Positions 27,864 through 38,355 are shown, numbered from the stretch's first letter. The stretch: 64,000 bases of DNA from Desulfobacterales bacterium (GCA_030066785.1 JASJAZ010000071.1:4571-68570); one strand, 5' to 3'. Made by a program: numbers and translations. Notes: a model not told the origin generated them from the letters alone.

Positions 27864-29063
27864 ATGTTAACACCGGTTCAATTAAAACGCTACGCCCAAG
27901 TTCTATGGTGGGGGCTTCAAACTGCCCGCAAGCAAAAATTCAAATCCGGCGATGTTGTGGCCATTCGATTTCATCTACCGGCGCTACCCCTGGCGGAAGA
28001 ACTTCACAAATTTTTACTGGAAAAGCGATTGCAACCGGTTTTACGCCTACTACCCACCGCCATAATGGAGAAACAGTTTTACGATATCGCCAATCACAAG
28101 CAGTTGATCTTTACAGCTCCCGGCGAACCCGAACTCGCGCACAATTTAAACGGCAGCATTTTTCTATATGCGCCTGAATCCCTAACCCATTTAAGCGATA
28201 TCGCTCCCGGAAAAATTGGTAAATCCACTGCCGCTCAAAAATTTCTACGTGACATATTAAACGCACGGGAAGAAACGGGCGATTTTGGCTGGACACTGTG
28301 CATGTTTCCAACCCCGGAATTAGCCCGGCAGGCCCAGGCCTCGCTTACTGCCTATGCCCGCCAGGTCGTCAATGCCTGTTTTTTAAATCGGCGGGAGCCG
28401 GTAAAGCAATGGCAACAGGTTTTTGCCCGGGCGCGCAGCCTCAAAAAGTGGCTAAACGCCATGAAGGTAAAATACTATCATATCGAGTCCGCCAACATTG
28501 ATCTGGAAATCACCCCTGGTGCTCAGCGCCAATGGATCGGAATTTCCGGACGCAATATACCAAGTTTTGAGCTGTTTTTTTCACCGGATTGGCGCGGAAC
28601 CAATGGCAGGTATTATGCCGATCAACCCTCCTTCCGCAACGGCAATTATGTCAGAGGGCTTCACCTGGAATTTAAACGCGGCAAGGTGGTACATTTAAAC
28701 GCCAAGCAGGGCCAAGCATTTGTACAGAGTCAAATCAAACTGGACAAGGGTGCCGATAAGGTAGGCGAATTCTCTTTGACCGACAAGCGCTTTTCCCGAA
28801 TTAATATGTTTATGGCCAATACCCTGTATGATGAAAATTATGGCGGCCGATGGGGAAACTGCCATCTGGCGCTGGGCTCATCCTATTCCAATTCTTATCG
28901 AGGCAACCCTGCCGATCTAACCAAAGAGCAGAAGCAAAAGCTCGGTTTCAACGACTCGGCATTGCATTGGGACCTGGTTAATACCGAGAAAAAACGAGTT
29001 TCGGCGCAGCTTATCTCCGGCAAGCGCATTACGATCTATGAGAACGGAAAATTCAGCATTTAA
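27864..29063 (+). CDS. Aminopeptidase, M29 (AmpT/PepS-like) family
   Basis: GRNIPSFELF, VGEFSL, TLYDEN, HLALG.SY, FNDSALHWDLV. Confidence 0.85.
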   Translation: MLTPVQLKRYAQVLWWGLQTARKQKFKSGDVVAIRFHLPALPLAEELHKFLLEKRLQPVLRLLPTAIMEKQFYDIANHKQLIFTAPGEPELAHNLNGSIFLYAPESLTHLSDIAPGKIGKSTAAQKFLRDILNAREETGDFGWTLCMFPTPELARQAQASLTAYARQVVNACFLNRREPVKQWQQVFARARSLKKWLNAMKVKYYHIESANIDLEITPGAQRQWIGISGRNIPSFELFFSPDWRGTNGRYYADQPSFRNGNYVRGLHLEFKRGKVVHLNAKQGQAFVQSQIKLDKGADKVGEFSLTDKRFSRINMFMANTLYDENYGGRWGNCHLALGSSYSNSYRGNPADLTKEQKQKLGFNDSALHWDLVNTEKKRVSAQLISGKRITIYENGKFSI

Positions 29064-29281
29064 TGACAGCGGAACCGGTGGGCGCACATGCATGCGGACG
29101 ACAGCTGTTTAACCACATCGGCCAGCGCTTTAATGGCAAACGGTTGGGGAGGCAGCGTATCAACATCACTTTTTGTTGATAACCAGCGTGACGCCGTGAT
29201 TCCGATGACGGGGGTGTGTTTAATAGTGAAAGGTCTCATCTAATCAACAACCTCATTGCCGCCCAGACCCGGCATGCAAAT
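29060..29281 (-). pseudogene. Remnant of a single-domain response regulator (REC)
   Basis: Manual translation ICMPGLGGNEVVD*MRPFTIKHTPVIGITASRWLSTKSDVDTLPPQPFAIKALADVVKQL. In-frame TAG at 29240-29242, N-terminal half missing, KPF changed to QPF. Confidence 0.6.
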
Positions 29282-29286
29282 GGGTG

Positions 29287-29778
29287 TTAGGATTTACCGA
29301 ACTCGTCGGGATCCAATTTCTCCAAATATTCGGCCCATTTTTGACCTTCTTCACTTTGGTCCACCGCTTCAGCTTTACTGTCACTCAATTTGGATTTTTC
29401 GATAACTTTGTCATCCACGTAAATGGGCGCTTTAAACCTCAGTGCGATGGCAATGGCATCACTGGGCCTGGAATCCATATGAAATTGCTGTTCGCCGGAA
29501 AGAAAATGGATCCGTGCAAAAAACGTATTGTTCTTTAAATCACATACTTCAATTTTGGTTACTTCCACATTAACGAGTTCCATAAAATTCTTGATAAGAT
29601 CATGGGTCATGGGGCGCTCAAAGGTTACATTTTGAAGCGCCGATGCAATCGAGGTCGCCTCTAGCAGACCGATCCATATGGGTATCGCCTGATCATTTTC
29701 TTCAGATTTTAAGATGATAATCGGAGTATTGGACGCTGGATCCATGGTCATACCCGCGATGTTCACTTTATGCAGCAT
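29287..29778 (-). CDS. Bifunctional nuclease family protein (DUF151)
   Basis: PIWIGLLEA, RPMTHDL, TFFARI, DSRPSDAIAIALR. Confidence 0.9.
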   Translation of the reverse strand: MLHKVNIAGMTMDPASNTPIIILKSEENDQAIPIWIGLLEATSIASALQNVTFERPMTHDLIKNFMELVNVEVTKIEVCDLKNNTFFARIHFLSGEQQFHMDSRPSDAIAIALRFKAPIYVDDKVIEKSKLSDSKAEAVDQSEEGQKWAEYLEKLDPDEFGKS

Positions 29779-31180
29779 AGCTTTGTTCTCCTTTCAACTC
29801 AGTCGGTGCCGATTCAGGTAAAACCATTTGTCCCCATAATGAATGGGCGAGCGCGTTCTCAATTTTTACCGGCAAAATAGTGCCGGGGTGAATACGGTTC
29901 TGAATTTGTTTTTCTGAAGGGCTAATAAAATTGACGATTTTATTTGTCGAGATTCTACCCGTCCATTGGCTTATATTGTCACCAGGTCGCTTACTATATC
30001 CTTCCACCAACACTTCCTGAACAGAATCTAATAAGGCTTCATTCTTTTTCAGTGTATACTGATTTTGAATTTCCAGCAAGATTTGCAATCGCTCTTTTTT
30101 AACATCTTCTGAAACTTTTTTATCAAAACGGCTGGCCGGTGCAACGGATCGATCCGAATACATGAATGCGAATGCCCCGTCATACTCAACGGCCTTGATT
30201 AACGCTAAGGTTTGTTTGAAATCATCGGTTGTTTCTCCCGGAAAACCAACGATGAAATCAGAGGTGACCGCTATGTCTGGGCAGGCCCTGCGCAATCGTT
30301 CGATTTTCCTTAGGTAATCTTTGCAGGTATAGCCGCGATTCATCCGTTTCAGTATGTGATCAGATCCTGATTGGACTGGCAAATGAATATGATGGCATAG
30401 CTTTTTAAGCTGCTTAAAGGCTTCGATCAGTTCTGTTGACAAATCTTTAGGATGACTGGTTGTAAAGCGGATTCTCCAGATCCCTTCAATATCATTAACA
30501 TAAGACAATAGTTGCGGAAAGGAACAAAGACCCTCTTTTTTGCCGTAACTGTTAACATTTTGGCCCAGCAGCGTAACTTCGCGCACACCGGATCGAACCA
30601 ATTGTTTAATTTCACTTAAAATTTTTTCCGGTTTACGACTCGTTTCACGGCCACGAACGTATGGCACCACACAGTAGGCACAATAATTGTCACAACCGCG
30701 CATGATGGTAACAAACTTACTGATATCGCCGGTGGTGCCCGCTTCCGCCATTTGATCGACTTCATCTATTTCTTGCGACATTTCGATGTCGACAATACGG
30801 CACTTACGCTTGGCAATCGAATTGATGTGGGTCGGCAGGCGGGCAATGGCATGCGTACCGAACACGAGATCAACATAAGGGGCACGTTTCAGTACTTGTT
30901 GCCCCTGTTGCTGGGCCACGCAGCCACCAGCGCCAATGATCAAATTTGGATTTTGGCGTTTGAGTTCAGCCAATCGCCCGATAAAGCTGAAGGCCTTCTG
31001 CTCCGCCTTGGCGCGAATGGCACAGGTATTAACGATTACTAAATCGGCTGCCGGCAAAGAATCCACAGTCTGATAGCCTTCGGTTTGCAACATTGATTCA
31101 ATCTTGGCGGAATCATATACATTCATCTGGCATCCGATGGTATGAATAAATAGCCCTTTGGCTTGCATTGTAATTGACAC
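29768..31180 (-). CDS. miaB: tRNA-2-methylthio-N6-dimethylallyladenosine synthase MiaB
   Basis: GCQMNVYDS, NTCAIRAKAEQK, GCVAQ, radical-SAM CDNYCAYC, RFTTSHP, C-terminal TRAM. Confidence 0.95.
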   Translation of the reverse strand: MSITMQAKGLFIHTIGCQMNVYDSAKIESMLQTEGYQTVDSLPAADLVIVNTCAIRAKAEQKAFSFIGRLAELKRQNPNLIIGAGGCVAQQQGQQVLKRAPYVDLVFGTHAIARLPTHINSIAKRKCRIVDIEMSQEIDEVDQMAEAGTTGDISKFVTIMRGCDNYCAYCVVPYVRGRETSRKPEKILSEIKQLVRSGVREVTLLGQNVNSYGKKEGLCSFPQLLSYVNDIEGIWRIRFTTSHPKDLSTELIEAFKQLKKLCHHIHLPVQSGSDHILKRMNRGYTCKDYLRKIERLRRACPDIAVTSDFIVGFPGETTDDFKQTLALIKAVEYDGAFAFMYSDRSVAPASRFDKKVSEDVKKERLQILLEIQNQYTLKKNEALLDSVQEVLVEGYSKRPGDNISQWTGRISTNKIVNFISPSEKQIQNRIHPGTILPVKIENALAHSLWGQMVLPESAPTELKGEQSYAA

Positions 31181-31264
31181 TCGTTCAATAATGTAACGCC
31201 TTGCACAGTTTGAGAGCTTCCGCTCTTTAAGGAAGCTTTTACGGCCTGCGCAAGGCTTACAATT

Positions 31265-31510
31265 TTAGAGAGTTTGACCAGCGTTTTCCGGTTTGTTTAC
31301 AGAATACGGTTCAATTAAAATATCGCGTTTAAAATCATTTAAAATCATTTCGACATAAGGTTCGCATCCTGGCGCAATGGCTAGTTCAATGAGTCCCAGT
31401 TTGGGGTCCAGAGTGTGAAGCGTAGCGATGCCGTCATAGGCCTCTATAATATTTTTGATATAGACGATTTCCTGCCGTTCTACCCGCCAGCATTGTCTTG
31501 AGCAATTCAA
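31265..31510 (-). CDS. DUF4911-like small protein
   Basis: IVYIKNIIEAYDGIATLHTLDP...IELAIAPG; TTG start with AGAGGGG RBS. Confidence 0.7.
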   Translation of the reverse strand: MNCSRQCWRVERQEIVYIKNIIEAYDGIATLHTLDPKLGLIELAIAPGCEPYVEMILNDFKRDILIEPYSVNKPENAGQTL

Positions 31511-31713
31511 TTATCCCCTCTTGCACTCCTCGATTTCCCAGCGACACCTTAATCTGTCAATGATTCTTTAAGTGTGCAGATCCAAGCAAGGTCAGCTGGC
31601 ACCCAGCTTTTTAACAGACTAAGTATAAACATATCCAATACTATTTCAATAAAAATATGGTCAGCAGCGCTTCGGTGTTGTCCTGTATCTGATAATAGGA
31701 TATAGCCCGGAAG

Positions 31714-33420
31714 ATGCAAAAACAGTGGCACATACGCCAACCATCCCCACAGGCCGTCCGTAGTCTGCAAGAATACCTTAAGTGCAGCCAGACGCTGGCC
31801 ACGCTCTTGGTCAACCGCAAAATTAAAACGCCCGCTGAGGCCACTGAGTTTCTGAATCCAGGTTTGGCAAACCTGCACAATCCCTTGACGCTGTCAGGAA
31901 TTAATTCCGCTTCAAACCGAATTTATGAGGCCCTGCGACACCAACAAAAAATTTTAATATTTGGGGACTATGATACGGATGGTATCACCGCGACAGCTTT
32001 GCTGCTGATGTTTTTAATGTCCCTTGACGCCAATGTTTCCTATTATATCCCCGATCGCATAAAGGAAGGTTATGGGCTGCATACCGACCACATTAAAAAT
32101 ATGGCCCGGCCTCAAAATATTGATTTAATCATTACCGTCGATTGTGGCTCCTGGAGCCACGATGCTATTCAGATGGCCCAAAAGCTGGGCATCGATGTGA
32201 TCGTCACTGATCATCATGAGGTGCCCGCAACCCCGCCGCCGGCGGTGGCTTTCATAAATCCCAAGCGTTCCGGGCAGTCTGCCGATTTTTTCAACATCGC
32301 CGGTGTTGGGGTTGCCTTTAATCTCATTATCGGTCTTCGCAAATATTTACGGGATAAACGGTTTTGGCAAAAACGCCCCCAACCGAATCTCAAACAATTT
32401 TGTGATATCGTTGCGCTGGGGACCGTGGCGGATGCTGTTCCGTTAAAATCTGACAACCGTGTTCTAACCCGCACGGGTATTGAGTTGATGCAAACCACCC
32501 CTCTGCGTCCCGGCTTAAACGCCCTTTTTGAGCTAAGCCGCACCGATCCGCGCTTTATTAATTCAGATGATATTGCCTATCGGTTGGCCCCCAGACTAAA
32601 TGCTGCCGGTCGTATGGACCACGCTCGAATTGCCGTCGAGCTGCTGCTTGCTGAAAACAGCGCGGATGCCCAGAAATTAGCCCACCATATTGACGCCCTT
32701 AATTCCCAACGGCGGGATCTCGAAAAGCAAATTTTAACTGATATCCAGGAACATTTTACCTTGGATACTGAAAACCGATCGATTGTTCTGGCACATGAGG
32801 CCTGGCATTTAGGCGTATTGGGAATTATAGCGGCTAGATTAGTGGAAATGTATCATCGACCCGTCATATTAATGGCCGTAAAAGATGGTATCGGGCGGGG
32901 TTCGGCCCGCAGTATACCGCCGTTTAATATGTTTGAAGGGCTTTCGCAATGCGCTAATTACTTAGAAGGCTACGGCGGGCACGCTGCCGCCGCCGGTCTG
33001 ACGATTCGATCAGACAACATCGCCAGTTTCATCCAGGCCTTTGAAGAAACGGCCAGGCAACACATACCATCACGCGACTGGGAGCCTGTTTTGACAAATG
33101 ATATGAAATTGGATCTAAACGACGTTTCCGAAACGCTCCTGGACGACATCCAAAGACTGCAACCCTTTGGTCAGCACAATCCGGAACCTCAGTTCCAGAC
33201 CCACGCTATTCGCGTTGTGGATTCAAGGCCCGTGGGATCCCATCATCGCCGTATGACGGTTTGCCAGGATGCTAATCCACGCCAACGCATGCCGGCAATT
33301 TATTTTAACGCTAACTCTGATGCCATGACGGCTAATTACTTTAAACGGATGGCTTATCGGTTGCAGTGGAACCATTGGAATGGGCGTCGCCAAATGCAGT
33401 TGAGAGTCATTGAAACGTAA
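31714..33420 (+). CDS. recJ: Single-stranded-DNA-specific exonuclease RecJ
   Basis: GDYDTDG, EGYG, ITVDCG, TDHH, GTVAD, PRLNAAGR, GSARS, GGHAAAAG, LQPFGQHNPEP. Confidence 0.95.
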   Translation: MQKQWHIRQPSPQAVRSLQEYLKCSQTLATLLVNRKIKTPAEATEFLNPGLANLHNPLTLSGINSASNRIYEALRHQQKILIFGDYDTDGITATALLLMFLMSLDANVSYYIPDRIKEGYGLHTDHIKNMARPQNIDLIITVDCGSWSHDAIQMAQKLGIDVIVTDHHEVPATPPPAVAFINPKRSGQSADFFNIAGVGVAFNLIIGLRKYLRDKRFWQKRPQPNLKQFCDIVALGTVADAVPLKSDNRVLTRTGIELMQTTPLRPGLNALFELSRTDPRFINSDDIAYRLAPRLNAAGRMDHARIAVELLLAENSADAQKLAHHIDALNSQRRDLEKQILTDIQEHFTLDTENRSIVLAHEAWHLGVLGIIAARLVEMYHRPVILMAVKDGIGRGSARSIPPFNMFEGLSQCANYLEGYGGHAAAAGLTIRSDNIASFIQAFEETARQHIPSRDWEPVLTNDMKLDLNDVSETLLDDIQRLQPFGQHNPEPQFQTHAIRVVDSRPVGSHHRRMTVCQDANPRQRMPAIYFNANSDAMTANYFKRMAYRLQWNHWNGRRQMQLRVIET

Positions 33421-33428
33421 TTTTATTC

Positions 33429-33457
33429 TTGCATTCACCCAGGGTTGGCATTATTAT
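33429..33457 (+). promoter_or_regulatory. Candidate sigma70 promoter
   Basis: TTGCAT-N17-TATTAT upstream of the gene at 33521. Confidence 0.5.
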
Positions 33458-33520
33458 CCGTCTAACAAAATTTAATGCTATTCCGGAATGTTAAACCAGA
33501 CCCGAAAGGTGAGGTCGCGT

Positions 33521-33943
33521 ATGGGAAAAGTATTTCGACCAAGTTCCAGAGAGTCGACGATTCTGTCAAAAATAGAATCTTCCAAAGAATATGAACGCCG
33601 CAAGTCAATCAGCCACGCACGCGAGCTTGTAGATCAATTATCAAATGCCATTGCGACGAAATTAGTAGAAAATGAACTCGTCGAAACCACAAACAAAAAT
33701 TCGTTGGAGGATCAAATCGGCTTTTGTATCGATAAGTTAAGCCGATCCGATGACTTTGACGTGGATTTCCAAATGGCACCCTACCGCACGCTGGTTCCCA
33801 ATCCCAATGTGGTTACATTATACATCACCGCTTTTATCATTGAAACCCTGATCAATCACAAAGATGTCGTCGATATTTTCGGCTCTGATGAAGATATCTA
33901 TTTCTGTATTAACAAGGAAGTAAAGCGAATCTTACCAACCTAA
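33521..33943 (+). CDS. Hypothetical protein (possibly DUF507-like)
   Basis: Start MGKVF behind GAGG; its stop overlaps the next ATG (TAATG). Confidence 0.65.
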   Translation: MGKVFRPSSRESTILSKIESSKEYERRKSISHARELVDQLSNAIATKLVENELVETTNKNSLEDQIGFCIDKLSRSDDFDVDFQMAPYRTLVPNPNVVTLYITAFIIETLINHKDVVDIFGSDEDIYFCINKEVKRILPT

Positions 33944-34953
33944 TGCGCCCATCCTTTAGTCCCCGGTTGGTCAACGGTCCGTTTGGAGACCCGGGGCTTT
34001 TTATCCCACTGCTTTTCGAAAACCGTGCCATCCAATTTGACTTGGGCGATATCAGCGCACTCGTCCCTCGCGATATCCTTAAAATCAGCCACGTCTTCGT
34101 TACTCACACCCACATGGATCATTTTGTGGGTTTCGATCGATTACTGCGAGTGTGCCTGGGGCGTGATAAAATCATGCATCTTTATGGACCCGAAGGCTTT
34201 TTAGAAAACGTTAAGGGAAAATTGCGCGGCTATTCTTGGAACCTGGTTGGCAACTATCCAAACCGCTTTGCGTTAAAGGTGACCGAAATTGGTCGCACAG
34301 GTTTAAAAACTCAAAACTTTGATTGTCAAAAAGAATTTAAACCTGGCAAGCTTATTCATCAACAGGGATCTGCCGATGGGATTTATCGCGAAGACCGGTT
34401 TGCCATCAGGGCAGTGCTGCTGGACCATCGTATCCCCTGCATCGGCTATGCAATGAAGGAACGATTCCATATCAATATCATAAGCGAAGCCCTCATTGAA
34501 TTGGGTCTGGAAGTAGGTCCGTGGTTAAATACATTCAAAAGAAGATTATACCAAAAAAAACCGCCGGATTTCCCTTTCGACATTCCTTCTGTTTCGGAAA
34601 ACACCTCCGGTAAAAGCGTGCCGCTCGGATTCTTAGCCGACAGAATTGCCAAAATCACACCGGGTCATAAAATCACCTATATCGTAGATGTAACCGGCAG
34701 CAATGCTAATGTTGAAAAAATTATCGATTTTGCCAAAGATTCAGAACATCTTTTCATCGAAGCGGCTTTTGCAGACAAGGACCGTGATTTAGCCACTGCT
34801 AAAAATCACCTGACGGCGCGCCAAGCCGGACGGATTGCCGCGGCGGCCAAAGTGAAGCAGTTTAGCATCTTTCATTTTTCACCAAGATATGCGGATTGTG
34901 AAGATGTTCTCAGGCAGGAAGCCCACCAAGCCTTTTCTGAGGCACAATGCTGA
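33943..34953 (+). CDS. Ribonuclease Z-like metallo-beta-lactamase-fold protein
   Basis: THTHMDHF, LDHRIP, YIVD, FIEA, HLT, FHFSPRY. Confidence 0.8.
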   Translation: MRPSFSPRLVNGPFGDPGLFIPLLFENRAIQFDLGDISALVPRDILKISHVFVTHTHMDHFVGFDRLLRVCLGRDKIMHLYGPEGFLENVKGKLRGYSWNLVGNYPNRFALKVTEIGRTGLKTQNFDCQKEFKPGKLIHQQGSADGIYREDRFAIRAVLLDHRIPCIGYAMKERFHINIISEALIELGLEVGPWLNTFKRRLYQKKPPDFPFDIPSVSENTSGKSVPLGFLADRIAKITPGHKITYIVDVTGSNANVEKIIDFAKDSEHLFIEAAFADKDRDLATAKNHLTARQAGRIAAAAKVKQFSIFHFSPRYADCEDVLRQEAHQAFSEAQC

Positions 34954-34960
34954 AAATCGA

Positions 34961-35824
34961 TCAAATTGTTTCCTCTTTGGGGTGAATCGGTTTGTATTTG
35001 CCTTTTTGAAGCAAATTTTCCAAGTCTTTGCGGGCATCTTCTTTGGTGTGCAGGGAAGAAGCTAAATTTTTCTTTTTGGCGGATTCAAATGTGATATCCA
35101 CAGTTTCGGATTTCACAATTGGAATAATTTCGAGGTCGCCGGTGTTTTTGGTCTTCACATTGCGAATCGGTAACTTCTTCCAATAGATGGGAACGCCGCT
35201 TTTGGTGTGGCCGTTGGACTCAATTTCATCAGGCTTGAACATAGCCTTGAAATCATATTCATTTTTCCAATGGTCGGCCGGAAATATAATGGAGGCCAAA
35301 TGCGGCTTTTTTATTTTTATATTAGCGCAGCGGGAAGCAATCGTGACTGGATCGCCGAAAACGGTGCAGTTATACATCAGGGGGGTACCAACATACCCGA
35401 CGGTTACAATACCGCTGGCAACCCCCATGTGGGGGTGAAAACCTAAGATATCCCGTTCGGCAAACCAGCGCGCCGCCTGCAACGCCTCTAAAAAATGATC
35501 CTGCGAGCCAAACTCGTTTGAAAATACAATCATTATCTGATCACCGATATATTTATCGATAATACAAGGAATTCCCTTCAGGGCTTCGTTGGTTATCCAC
35601 GTAAAAAACCGGTTTACATAAATCAATACAGCTGTGGGGGGCATCTCTTTGGTTCGCTCGGAAAAAAGCGAAATATCAGCAAACAGAATGGTCGCTTCAA
35701 TCTCTCGGCCCTTGACCGGGTATTGTGCGCCCAAGCCATCATCTAACACCGCATCTACGGTTAACTCTTTGGATATTAAAAAATCTTCCAGGGATTTAAA
35801 TGAAAAATTGTTGTCTGAAGCCAC
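34961..35824 (-). CDS. Stand-alone class III (IIIb-type) nucleotidyl cyclase
   Basis: ILFADI (metal Asp), DKYIGD (Lys and second Asp), CTVFGDPVTIASR (Thr specificity residue, catalytic Arg). No sensor or TM domain. Confidence 0.8.
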   Translation of the reverse strand: MASDNNFSFKSLEDFLISKELTVDAVLDDGLGAQYPVKGREIEATILFADISLFSERTKEMPPTAVLIYVNRFFTWITNEALKGIPCIIDKYIGDQIMIVFSNEFGSQDHFLEALQAARWFAERDILGFHPHMGVASGIVTVGYVGTPLMYNCTVFGDPVTIASRCANIKIKKPHLASIIFPADHWKNEYDFKAMFKPDEIESNGHTKSGVPIYWKKLPIRNVKTKNTGDLEIIPIVKSETVDITFESAKKKNLASSLHTKEDARKDLENLLQKGKYKPIHPKEETI

Positions 35825-36003
35825 TTTTCATCCTCACGATTCTAAGTTAACAACATCAGGCACGGCAGCAATTTGGCTTTTTTCTTGTAAGATAAAAACG
35901 GCGCCATAGGGCGCTGTTTTTCATTTCCGATTATCGCATGCAATTGCGAATGACACCGACTCTGATACGTTCCTATTATATCCTAAATCATAAAAAATTT
36001 CCG

Positions 36004-36040
36004 AAAAAATAGGGCCAAATGTATTTCGGCCCCAAAAAAA
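36004..36040 (-). terminator. Probable intrinsic terminator of the membrane protein / vWA lipoprotein operon
   Basis: GGGCC(G)AAAT / ATTT(C)GGCCC stem at 36012-36032, flanked by A-tracts and followed by TATTTTT on the minus strand. Confidence 0.5.
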
Positions 36041-36160
36041 TGTTTAGAGCATTCGATTAACCATCCATCATTAAAATGATAACCGCTTCAAAAAAAAATC
36101 TCACCTGTCAAGCTGATCCAGCAGGTGATCGTCAGCATTAAAAGCTTGGAAGATTTTATA

Positions 36161-36814
36161 TCAATTATGCAGGATTCGATCTAACCGTTCAAGATCATTA
36201 ATGACTTTCCAGGAACCGCCACCATTTTCAACTCTTTTACGCCAGTTTTCCACGCGCTCATAATATTTGCGCGGATCAATGTTGTCGGAACGCAGCTTGG
36301 TAACGTTCAGGGCCAGCACTTTGCAATTGGACATTTTCAGTGGAAAATCGCGAATCTGCTCTTTGGCGAGCTCTTCTTTCAGGTCCGAAAAAACCAGAAT
36401 GTTTTTGCGACCGGCGCCAGTCTCATTCAGGTATTCGACCGCCTGTAAAATACCGCCAGTGATATCGGTATAATCACTGCTTTTGGCGCTGTTGATAAAA
36501 TCGTCCACCTTTTTGCGGAAAATGTATTTTTGACGCGTGGCGACAGATGGGCGTTGGTCAAACGTCATTTGGGCAATGATATCTTTTTCACTGAAACTGG
36601 CGCTATCAATGCGGGCAACCGCTAAAGAATCACCGGATTGCAAGGTGCCCAGCAGATAATAGATAATTTTTTGGGCACGCGATATTTCATCTTTGTAGGT
36701 GCCGGAGGTATCCAGTAACATGAACACTCCGCGGGCATGGCTGGTCGTATCGGGACAGCCATACGCTAGCAATAAGAACAAAAGCAGTAGCAGACCGGCT
36801 GTTTGGCGTATCAC
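36161..36814 (-). CDS. vWA-domain lipoprotein
   Basis: Lipobox LAYGC; MIDAS-like LLDTSGTY, YTDITGG, VFSDL. GTG start overlaps the upstream TGA. Confidence 0.8.
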   Translation of the reverse strand: MIRQTAGLLLLLFLLLAYGCPDTTSHARGVFMLLDTSGTYKDEISRAQKIIYYLLGTLQSGDSLAVARIDSASFSEKDIIAQMTFDQRPSVATRQKYIFRKKVDDFINSAKSSDYTDITGGILQAVEYLNETGAGRKNILVFSDLKEELAKEQIRDFPLKMSNCKVLALNVTKLRSDNIDPRKYYERVENWRKRVENGGGSWKVINDLERLDRILHN

Positions 36815-38355
36815 ATTTCCTCCTTAGCCGCAGTCAATTCCGGGGTCAATTTCATGGTAGCGTCATGATCGGATGCGCTGGACTTGGGGGGTGTTTTGCG
36901 ACGGAACCAGCGGTTGGTTCTCTGCTTTTTAACATCCTTTGGGTGTCTGTTTGAATTATCATCAGATGTCGTTTTGCCGAAACGAATCATATTTTCAATC
37001 CACAAGGGCGGAAATATGAGCAGGTCATAAAGATTGACCAATAATTCACCCAAGTATTGCGCAATATTACCCAATTGGCGCAAAACATACGCTATAAAGC
37101 GTAAAAACGCTGCTATCAAAACGCCAAAAACCGTTCGGGAAGATTGTATAAACGACTCTAACGGAATGGCAACAAACGCCAAAGCAAAAGGCAGTATAAA
37201 ACCCATAACCATTTGCCCGACCATTGGAATCCAGCTCATGGGCGATGCGACGACCTCGGCATCTGCCATTGCCTGTCGCAGGGCTTGAAGATCGGCAGCG
37301 ATTTGGTCCCGCATCAGCGCCAATGAAGATTCGATCAAAGCCAAAACAAAAAGGATCGCAAAGGTAATCCAAATCATGCGAATGCGCATCTTGTCATCCA
37401 TTTGACCGATGATTGGAAAAAGGCGGGTGATGCGCAATGACTCCATTAGATAGAGCCCCATGGCGATTTCAACCAAAATAATCACCAATGCTGCGACATT
37501 GGACGTTTTAAAATTACCAATATAGCTACCGCCACCCACCATCTCAGACATCGGCAAGGCAATCAGGTTAAAATTGATGACAGCCCCGCCAAATGCAATC
37601 ACCAGAACAAAAATCGAAATAAAAAATTGGGTCATAGAGGAGGCCGCGAGTTTCCGTGCCGCCGGGTTAGTCTTAGCGCGGATCGCTTCATATTCGCTCA
37701 TGCGGCTATCAATTATCCGGGCGCGTTCATGCAATCCCTTAACGGTTTTACCGACATCTTCAAGTGTTTGTTCCAGTTTGCGCCAATACGGTTGCATTTT
37801 ACTCAAAATGGCATGTCTTTTCGTCGAAGCGGCGCGGTACTCGGTGACCGTTTGTTTAAACTGGCCGGCGGTGGTTTTATGAATTTCGCTTAGAATATTG
37901 TTAACAGATGCAGCGCCATCGCCAGACAGTTTAGCGACAGCTTCCACGGCATTGATCCATGTTGGTGGGGGTGGTGGCACTTCGGCACTTTGCTGGTAAT
38001 CTTCTTGAATGCGCGTTACCTGCTCAGAAATGGTGTGATGCATTTTGGGAAACGCGCCTAGATCGCGTTTGATCACATCATTCACTCGATGAAATTCGCG
38101 TTCAATTGCGCGTTCGGCCGCTTCGCGACCCGCAGCTAGCAAAACCTCTTTATTGCGCTGTACAATGCGCCCTTCAACCAATAAGGTTGAGCGCGCCATC
38201 AGTCGCAAGCCGTTATGTATCACGCGACTTAGTGAATAGATTGCTCGATGGGCCGGCGTACGTGCCAAGTATAGCATCACGACTGCCAGCAAAATAAGCG
38301 TTATGCCGGAGGCCATCGGATTTCCAGGGAAAATTTGAAGAAAATTAGGTAACAT
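36811..38355 (-). CDS. Multi-pass membrane protein with a long coiled-coil region, unknown function
   Basis: N-terminal TM, ~200-aa helical region containing PPPPP, then at least four hydrophobic helices; AAGGAGG RBS. Confidence 0.8.
   Translation of the reverse strand: MLPNFLQIFPGNPMASGITLILLAVVMLYLARTPAHRAIYSLSRVIHNGLRLMARSTLLVEGRIVQRNKEVLLAAGREAAERAIEREFHRVNDVIKRDLGAFPKMHHTISEQVTRIQEDYQQSAEVPPPPPTWINAVEAVAKLSGDGAASVNNILSEIHKTTAGQFKQTVTEYRAASTKRHAILSKMQPYWRKLEQTLEDVGKTVKGLHERARIIDSRMSEYEAIRAKTNPAARKLAASSMTQFFISIFVLVIAFGGAVINFNLIALPMSEMVGGGSYIGNFKTSNVAALVIILVEIAMGLYLMESLRITRLFPIIGQMDDKMRIRMIWITFAILFVLALIESSLALMRDQIAADLQALRQAMADAEVVASPMSWIPMVGQMVMGFILPFALAFVAIPLESFIQSSRTVFGVLIAAFLRFIAYVLRQLGNIAQYLGELLVNLYDLLIFPPLWIENMIRFGKTTSDDNSNRHPKDVKKQRTNRWFRRKTPPKSSASDHDATMKLTPELTAAKEEM

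Noticed and set aside
34961..38355. Cyclase + vWA + membrane protein as a single Pycsar/CBASS-like operon
   Set aside because: A 336-bp gap with a terminator-like hairpin separates the cyclase; there is no cNMP-binding effector, and the vWA protein is an exported lipoprotein.
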